From Octopus sinensis (taxonomy: Eukaryota): DNA of 42,917 nt. The notes beneath the pieces were generated by a model that was given only the letters and a program-made list of their open reading frames with translations, was not told the DNA's origin and ran no database searches. The stretch is from the NCBI RefSeq assembly GCF_006345805.1, contig NW_021835016.1:1-42917 (forward strand), read 5' to 3'. How positions within the stretch are numbered: the stretch's first letter is position 1; every line of letters begins with the position of its first letter. Positions 34,233-42,917 of the stretch are shown here, in pieces. The position numbers were made by a program, and so were the translations under genes.

Positions 34233-34633
34233 TGCGTGCGTGCGTGCGAGGGTGTTCTCGTATACCCACAGATCTTGTTTAATTTAGCTTTAAAATTAAA
34301 AGAAATCAATGTCATATTTCTTTCTTTCGCATTTCCTTTAATCAGTAATGTTAATTTCCATTTTTCTTTCTTTTCTCATGCGTGTTACAAATATTTCGGC
34401 TCTTTGATACATGTTGCAATATTTCGGCGCTCTTTGGTTGTGTAAAAAAAATAAAACCACATGGACTGTTATAACTAATATGGTTTTTTTTCGACATTGA
34501 TCTAGTTTTTCTTCTTGGAAATCTACGGATTTTACATACACAAAATGCTAGGATTTTCTCAAGTTTAAAATGCGACATTGTTTTTGTTATATCTACATTC
34601 CACACGCATAATATATAAAACAGAATAGACTCG

Positions 34634-34672
<39 letters not shown>

Positions 34673-34885
34673 ACACCCACACACCAATACAAACACACAC
34701 GTACACACACACACACGTACTCCCAGTAGTCTCCTCCACACACATAAATACATTAACACAGAACACGCTCGCGCCCCCTACTCTCACACACAAACACACA
34801 CACGTACACCCATTAGCTTCCTCCACACACATAAACACACAGACAACACGCTCGCGCTCACACATACGCACACTCATACACACAC

Positions 34886-34927
<42 letters not shown>

Positions 34928-35191
34928 CACGTACATCCATTAGCTTCCTCTTTCCACTTCGACACGTCAAACAGAATAAGCACACAACGAAGAAAGCTCC
35001 ATGACAAACTATCGCTCATTGGCTGATGATGATTGAAAATTGACCAATAAAATGCAATCTCCACGCAAACGGCTACGGGCTCCTCAGCCTCTTATTCGCA
35101 AGCTCGGTGTATATTGTCGGACACGCAGGAGACTCGACTACAACACTGATGTCGGTCACTGCGTGCCTGACAGATATATGTATATTTGTAC

Positions 35192-35247
<56 letters not shown>

Positions 35248-35249
<2 letters not shown>

Positions 35250-35345
35250 TTACAATAATTTCATTATTTATTTTGGAAACTTCTGTACACACACACACAC
35301 ACATTTACAATAATTTCATTATTTATTTTGGAAACTTCTGTACAC
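35248..35345. repeat. Direct tandem duplication of about 45 bp of unique sequence inside (CA)n
   Basis: catttacaataatttcattatttattttggaaacttctgtacac occurs twice. Confidence 0.9.
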
Positions 35346-35444
<99 letters not shown>

Positions 35445-35760
35445 ATAAGCACTCATATGTACAGACAAACAAAATTTACACGCACGCTTATTATTTCACA
35501 TTCCTCCTATTAATCAATGTTAACGTAGATCTTAACAATGTCTTCTTCGGAGTTTTAACAAATATTTAACAAGATTTTCAAGTATAATTATGAGACGACA
35601 ACGTGTTAGATATGCAAATAATTGCAAACGATTAGATATGGCAATAACAACAGCAGCAGCAGCAGTAGTAGTAGTAGTAGTAGTAGTAGAGGTAAATCAA
35701 AAAAATCTCTCTCATCTCTCTCCCCCTCACCTCCTCACCGACAACCGCCATATATATATG

Positions 35761-36033
35761 TACTCTTTTACTCTTTTAGTTGTTTCAGTCATTTGACAGT
35801 GGCCATGCGGGAGCACCGCCTTTAGTCGATCGAGCAAATCGATCCCAGGACTTATTCTTTGTAAGCCTAGTACTTATTCTATCGGTCTCTTTTGCCGAAC
35901 CGTTACGGGGACGTAAACACACTAGCATCGGTTGTCAAGCGATGTTGGGGAACAAAAACAGACACACACACATATACACACACATACATACATATATACA
36001 TACAAACACACACACACACATATATAACATACC

Positions 36034-36097
<64 letters not shown>

Positions 36098-36237
36098 TAT
36101 TTATATATATACATATATACGACGGGCTTCTTTCAGTTTTCGTCTACCAAATCCACTCACAAGGCTTTGGTCGGCCCGAGGCTATAGCAGAAGACACTTG
36201 CCCAAGGTGCCACACAGTGGGACTGAACCCGGAACCA
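35761..36237 (-). mobile_element. SINE family A, 5'-truncated
   Basis: Colinear with 8118-8475 and 21779-22145. Confidence 0.9.
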
Positions 36238-36241
36238 GTTA

Positions 36242-36785
36242 GAAACCCGACGCTGAAGAAAGTAGGTCTTGGAGTAACATATGAGATAATTGAAGAAATT
36301 ATTCGAAAGATGCTGCATAGTTGAAGGAATTAAGATTGGGAAAAGAAAATGAAGTGAAGAATATAAGGATAACAATTGAAACGTTACACATTTGTAGAAT
36401 GTGTAACATTAGAAAAAAAATGAAACAGTGTGAGTGAATGTAACAAATTGGCTCAAAAGGAATCCAAAAGGAAGCATGATAACGTAACTAGATAGGTTCA
36501 TAGGAGATTGTGTGAGAAGTACAGTCTTGAGAGGACATTGAAATAATACGAGCAAAAACCAGGCGTGGATAATGAGTATAAGATCTTGTTTGACTTTACA
36601 ATCCAGTATAATTCAGTGACTGATGCTCGGAGACCAGGTATGTTGTAGTTGATAATTGATGAAGGAAATCAAGATCACAGGTATTGTCATATCTGGAGAT
36701 GTACGAGTGGATCATAAAGAACTAGAAAATATTGAGATGTACAAGCCACTAAAAGATGAGATTGCACGGATGAGGGCAATGAAGG
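36242..36785 (+). pseudogene. Decayed R4/Dong-clade LINE with the reverse transcriptase deleted
   Basis: KPDAEESRSWSNI (pre-RT region) is followed closely by CRMC..ETV..SECNKLAQKESKRKHDNV..VH..LCEKY...KILFDFTIQ....DARRPG...KELENIEMYKPLKDEIARM. Confidence 0.75.
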
Positions 36786-37150
36786 CATTTTCTATTTGCC
36801 TGGTAGTCATGGCGAAAGATATATGATGGGCGAGATTGAAGAGACTGAAAATAAATACTTTCCTCTTTGGCCAATACCTCATCAACGTCTTTAAGTTTTA
36901 CTCGAAGTGGAAATATAGGATGAGTGAAAAGTGTTGCCTTCAAGCTATGTTGTTGAAAAGGGGCTGGGAGATCACGATGCTAGTGAGTGGGCCCTGCCCT
37001 GAGCACACGCCTGTAAATCGGAGATAAGGAACTGAGAAAAGGCAACTGCCCTAGAAATCAGGTCAGTCGTTGTTTTATGGGGTTTTCCCATGAGCGGCCG
37101 TCGAAGTCTGCTCCTATTGGTAAAATGTTATTACCTTTTTTGTTACACTT
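36785..37150 (+). mobile_element. 3' end of L1/Tx1-like ORF2 and UTR
   Basis: AFSICLVVMAKDI*WARLKRLKINTFLFGQYLINVFKFY is similar to the 10965-11100 translation. Confidence 0.7.
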
Positions 37151-37281
37151 GTTTACACGCAAAACCCTTGCAATAACATAACACAAACATTCAATGCTTT
37201 GTTCCCTACGATCCCTGATGTTTTTCTTAATGTAAACTTTGTGTGGTTCAAAAAGAAATCATCAGCATCATCATTATTATT

Positions 37282-37826
37282 GGATGAGAGAGCATTGTAT
37301 GCCATCAAAGTGACACTGGGGTAAAATATACGAAGTCCAGTATACCCATCATGACTACCCGTCTGATTAGGGTACACCAGGCTCATGCATCACAACCATA
37401 TGTACGCGACATGGTGATCTAATATCAAGATAAACAGCACATGACCTTGCAGGTGGGGCCCAGTTAGAATTTTCTTCTGGTCGAGTAACCAATCACGCTC
37501 AAAAGGTCCCTGAATAAGGGTTGTTTAATGATGTTAAACGAACACCCATGTTTCCAGAGGTGAATTATTCAAAGCCCAAAGAATCCCTCACAACACATGG
37601 CTATGATGCTCCCCACTACTTCTGATTAGAGATTCACATATCGTCAACCACTAAGGGACATTCTCAACTGGTTAAGGTCAACACTGACAAGCAAATCTGT
37701 GGTATTGAGCAGAATATTTGCTGTAGCCCATCTTTTATACCAAGACAAAACAATGTACATGATAACACTTCCAATCAGTAAGATCAGAAGCCATTAGAGC
37801 CACTGCCTGGTACTACCATCAGGGCA
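37282..37826. mobile_element. About 555-bp dispersed element, copy 2
   Basis: Colinear with 38497-39051 and flanked by ATT repeats. Confidence 0.9.
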
Positions 37827-37838
37827 CTTATTATTATA

Positions 37839-37885
<47 letters not shown>

Positions 37886-37939
37886 TATTATTATTATTAT
37901 TATTATTATATTATTATTATTATTATTATTATTATATTA

Positions 37940-38152
37940 AGGCGGCGAGTTGGCAGAATCGTTATCACGCTGGACGAAATGCTTAGCGGTATTTCGTCCG
38001 TCGCTACGTGCTGAGTTCAAATTCCGCCGAGGTCGACTTTACCTTTCATCCTTTCGGGGTCGATAAAATACGTACCAGTTAAACAGTGGGGTCGATGTAA
38101 TCGACTCATTCCCTCCCCAAAACTGCTGGTTTTGTGGCAAAATTTGAAACCA
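37940..38152 (+). mobile_element. SINE family B, full length, with (ATT)n tail
   Basis: GGCGGCGAGTTGGCAGAATCG (A box-like)...GAGTTCAAATTCC (B box)...gaggtcgactttacctttcatcctttcggggtcgataaaat. Confidence 0.9.
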
Positions 38153-38161
38153 TTATTATTA

Positions 38162-38199
<38 letters not shown>

Positions 38200-38227
38200 T
38201 ATTATTAATAATAATAATAATAATATA

Positions 38228-38270
<43 letters not shown>

Positions 38271-38271
38271 A

Positions 38272-38482
38272 AGGCGAGCAGGTAGAATCGTTAGCACGTC
38301 GGACAAAATGCTTAGCGACACTTCGTCACTCCTTACGTTCTGAGGTCATATTCCGGTCGAGGTTGACTTTGCCTTTCATCCTTTCAGCGTCGATAAAATG
38401 AGTATCAGTTACTCACAGGAGTCAATGTAATCGACTAGCCCTCGCACCCAAATTTCAGCCCTTGTACTTCCAGTAGAAAGGA
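38272..38482 (+). mobile_element. SINE family B with (ATT)n tail
   Basis: Colinear with 8579-8783. Confidence 0.85.
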
Positions 38483-38496
38483 TTATTATTATTATT

Positions 38497-39051
38497 GAGT
38501 GAGAGAGCAGTTCATGCCATCAAAGTGACACTGGGGTAAAATATACGAAGCCCAATATACCCATCATGACTACCCGTCTGATAAAGGTACACCAGGCACA
38601 TGCATCACAACCATATGTGCGCGACATGGTGATCTCATATCAAGATAACAGCACATGACCTTGCAGGTGGGGCCCAGTTAGAATTTTCTTCAGGTTGAGT
38701 AGCCCATCCCGCTCAAACGGTCCCTGAATAAGGGTTGCTTAAGGATGTTGAAAGAACCACCCATGTTTCCAGAGGTGAACTATTCAAACCCCAAAGAATC
38801 CCTCTCAACACATGGCTATGATGCTCCCCACTACTACTCTGCTCGTGATCAGAGATGCACATATCGTCAGCCACTAAGGGACATGCTCAACTGGTTAAGG
38901 TCAAACAACTGACAAGCAAATCTGTGGTATTGAGCAGAATATTTGCTGTAGCCCATCTTTTATACCAAGACAAAACAATGTACATGATAACACTTCCAAT
39001 CAGTTAAGATCAGAAGCCATGAGAGCCACTGCCTGGTACTGCATCAGGGCA
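38497..39051. mobile_element. 555-bp dispersed element, copy 3
   Basis: Bounded precisely by (ATT)n on both sides. Confidence 0.9.
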
Positions 39052-39077
39052 TTATTATTATTATTATTATTATTATA

Positions 39078-39123
<46 letters not shown>

Positions 39124-39152
39124 CTATTATTATTATTATTTCTAGATTTTTA

Positions 39153-39278
39153 CAGACTAGCAATTTTGATAGAAGGAGGCAAGTCGATTACGTTCAACCC
39201 AGTACTTGACTGGTACTTTATTTTATCGAACCCGAAAGAATGAAAGATACACTGAACCTCATCAGGATTTGAACTCAG
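39153..39278 (-). mobile_element. SINE family B fragment
   Basis: aagtcgattacgttcaacccagtacttgactggtactttattttatcgaacccgaaagaatgaaag. Confidence 0.65.
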
Positions 39279-39282
39279 TAGA

Positions 39283-39372
39283 TAACAACAACAGCAACAA
39301 GAACAACAGTAATAAAATAATAATAATAATAATAATAATAATAATTATAATAATAATAATAATAATAATAAT

Positions 39373-39407
<35 letters not shown>

Positions 39408-39464
39408 AATATAATAATAATAATAATAATGATAATATAATATAATAATAATAATGAAATAATG

Positions 39465-39499
<35 letters not shown>

Positions 39500-39532
39500 A
39501 TAATAATAATAACAATAATAATGATAATGATA

Positions 39533-39564
<32 letters not shown>

Positions 39565-39713
39565 TAATGATAATGATAATGATAATAATAATTAATAAAA
39601 TAATAATAATGATGATGATAATAATAATAATAATAATAATGATGATAATAATAATAATAATAATAATGATAAGATAATGATAATAATAATATAATAATAC
39701 TAATAATATATAA

Positions 39714-39745
<32 letters not shown>

Positions 39746-39880
39746 TAATAATAATAATAGTAACAGCAACAACAATAATGATAATGTTAATGATGAAAAC
39801 GAAAATGTGAACAATAAAAGATGAAGAAAAAAACGCCAACGACAACAACAGCAACAATAATAATAATTGTAATAATATTC
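39283..39880. repeat. About 600-bp (TAA/TGA/CAA)n array
   Basis: Directly visible. It gives the poly-L/I/Y pseudo-ORFs. Confidence 0.95.
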
Positions 39881-40238
39881 GTAATAAATAACAGACGTAC
39901 AGGAAGTTTTTCTGTCTGCCTGAGGAAGGAAAGAGATCAGATGTTGTATGTCAAATAAATAAATAAATAAAAAAAATATAGATGGATAAATAAATAAAAA
40001 TAAATAAATTAGTACGTAAACAAGGCACTATTGTATTTTGAATGTAGCCGCTTCAGGCAAGTTTAATAGAAACAAATTGGTACCGTATTGGGGAATTATA
40101 GCCTCTGAAGTTCTTTTGCTCTCATTGCAAGTATATATATTATGTTTCTCTCTATAAAACTATCCTCACTATTAATGTATGCACACACACACACATCTAC
40201 ATATAATCCTATACATACCCATACACATCCACATATAC

Positions 40239-40300
<62 letters not shown>

Positions 40301-40448
40301 CATAAATTATATATGCATAGATAGCTCATTCTATGTACATGTGTGTATTTTGTTTTATAAACTTTATCATCGTTTTTACTGATATCTTTTTCTTGGCCTT
40401 TTACATTAACGTTATATCATCATTGTTATTATTATTATCATTTTGCTG

Positions 40449-40492
<44 letters not shown>

Positions 40493-40522
40493 GCTATTAT
40501 AATAATAATAATAATAATAATA

Positions 40523-40555
<33 letters not shown>

Positions 40556-40622
40556 GTTGTTATTATTATTATTAAATATTTGCAAACAGTAGCATTAGCA
40601 GCAGCAATAGTAGCAGTAGCAA

Positions 40623-40661
<39 letters not shown>

Positions 40662-40980
40662 AGGTGGTGTTCTTATCATCATTAATCGTCACGACCAACC
40701 TACTTTTCTCAATACCGAGATAAGCCCCTCCCCGAGTCTTCAACATCCCTAACTACGACTACCACCGCTTTCCCCATCCTCATCTTTCACGGCCACCATT
40801 CCTACCACTATCACTAACCATCGTCATCGCCAATCCCCCCCACCACCACCGACAACACTGTATCCCAGATATAGTTTGATGCTTTGCCAGAGAAATCTAA
40901 TAAGATGTTTTTGTCTTGTTCCATGATTTGTGTATATATAGGTATAAAACATTTCACTTGAGTATGTGCGTTGGTGTGTG

Positions 40981-41014
<34 letters not shown>

Positions 41015-41338
41015 ATATACCACTAATATCGAACGATGAAAATGAGTGCTCAACACCGCTTGGTGGATAGAATTTCCTTATTTGTGAATTAAGGCTATCG
41101 TTGGTTTCATGTTAAGAAAAATAGAAAAATACCCTAATATCTTAAACATTTCAAGCCAAGTACATAGAGGAATGGTGTTCGTTTCCATTTTTATCCAAAA
41201 TGGAGACGAAAATCGTTCCTCCGTGTGATCGGCTTGAAAAATTGTTATGATATTAATTTATTTTCCTAATTTTATTAACATGAAACCAATGGTAACCTTA
41301 ATTCAAACGCACACACACACACACATATATATATCTAA

Positions 41339-41414
<76 letters not shown>

Positions 41415-41653
41415 GAGAAAAATGGAGAAACTGAAATAGACATCAGTTTATTCAAAGATATTCAAATCAATATAACATGAAATCCTTATCCCTACAGCTG
41501 TTTCCATAGCCAATTAATTCAATCAGAGAAATTAAATTAATATCCATTAATCCAAAACTAGAGTATTTAGTTTTTCACTGGTAAAAACCGGAGAACTAAG
41601 ATGCAAACATCCCTTAAAAGATTATAGGTCCTTTGGCATAATTACAAATGTGT

Positions 41654-41701
<48 letters not shown>

Positions 41702-42917
41702 TATCTTTTTAGTATAAGTGTTTATATTTCTTCATTAGTCCTTATGTTTTGTTTGGAACAATATTTTTCCTATATTCATTAACGTGTCAGGAACTTTTCG
41801 GCATTGTCTCAGTGGAATAATAAAAATGGTGTAATGTTACTGTGTTGCGTCTGGGCAGCAAAGGATCAGAAGACTAAAGCTTTGATAAGAATAATTGTCG
41901 CTAGATTTGAAGTTGTTTCATAGTTAACTCCTAATGTTATTCATAGCTTTTCTCACATTCGCTGCGTCTATATGTTCATGTTTTGGTTATAATTTGCTAG
42001 TAATAATATAATGATAGTAATAATATAATAATATATAATAATCTGGATGCAGGCCTAGCTGTTGGGGCTGCTTGTCTCCCATTCGTAAACATAAGGACAC
42101 AGAAAATGTGTCAAAGCCGACAGGAGGCGTCGATGCTTCCTAGGGCTAAATAGCGGTGTTGTGATTCCCTTTACGGGACTGTCACGTTAAGCTGACAGTA
42201 TACAACCGCTCTATCGTTCCACCACCGCCCATATCTCACTGAGATATTTAGAAATTTAATATTTCTAATAATATAAGTATTTTTGTGAAATTCTACAAGA
42301 ACTTATATTGGTATCACTGTGTGTGTGGTGTGTGTGTGGTGTGTGTGTGTGTGGTGTGTGTGTGTGGTGTGTGTGTGTGTGTGTATGAGAGAGAGAGGTC
42401 ACTTGCGAGATCTATACATGTGTGGTATTGGTAACACGGAATCCAGTATAACCTGTTGCATGGTCGAGTATTCGGCGACTAAACCAGCACTCCCAGTAGG
42501 CTGTCTGGTGAGAAGTGTTGCTCGAAACCCACCAGGATTAAAAGCAATACCTATCAAAGGATCGATGAACCTAGTGTAGGTTCATCGACTATCTAGCCAT
42601 AGCATGGCCCTCGAAAATTCCGAGTTGGTGTCCGGCGTGCTGGAAGATCACTGGGAGTGAGGCACACCTTAGCTTTTGTCCTATACTCATACAGCATTTC
42701 GAATTTCAGATAAGAATCTTTAATTATATTACTTAAAGGTAATATGAGAAGATTATACTTTTTGTTATAATCTTAATCCACGTAACTACAGAGATTCCAT
42801 CAGCCATTCTAGAAAGTAATTTATTTTACAAATGTCAAATATCAATACAACTTCCATTTTGAATAAGACTTTGCTTTAGATAAGACCAATTATCTCAGCC
42901 CTTCCCAACTGTTTATT

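Noticed and set aside
35248-35345. CRISPR-like repeat-spacer pattern
   Set aside because: Only two units, separated by CA microsatellite, in eukaryotic DNA with no cas genes.
39275-39857. Poly-L/I/Y ORFs that look like membrane proteins
   Set aside because: Translations of a (TAA)n array.
39915-40085. CTGAGGA and a distant GAAACAAATTGGTA as a hammerhead
   Set aside because: The helix I flanks are not complementary and the intervening sequence is a TAAA repeat.
42505-42530. CTGGTGA...CTCGAAAC as a hammerhead variant
   Set aside because: A6 is changed and no helix III or NUH site can be built.

Overview
AT-rich eukaryotic genomic DNA that is extremely dense in microsatellites ((TA)n, (CA)n, (TATG)n, (TAA)n, (GA)n). 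The tRNA-derived SINE families and repeat landscape look like a coleoid cephalopod, most likely Octopus; this is inferred from recalled repeat families, not from a search. The only convincing host coding sequence is one homeobox exon on the minus strand (29155-29389) that matches the ANTP-class gene rough. The rest appears to be intron or intergenic DNA filled with decayed transposons: L1/Tx1-type ORF1 and ORF2 remnants, an RTE remnant, several R4/Dong remnants (mostly in TAA repeats), Tc1 and hAT transposase remnants, three inverted-repeat MITE-like elements, over 20 SINE copies and a 555-bp element present three times in TAA repeats. Nearly all entries in the ORF track are microsatellite artefacts. 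The most notable signal is a set of minimal type I hammerhead ribozyme motifs of the Penelope/retrozyme type. It includes an inverted pair whose core has the conserved C3-G8 pair swapped to G3-C8 (2622-2746), and a copy that is inverted exactly at the palindromic helix III (27667-27703). TE family assignments come from manual translation and recalled consensus motifs, and their boundaries are approximate.
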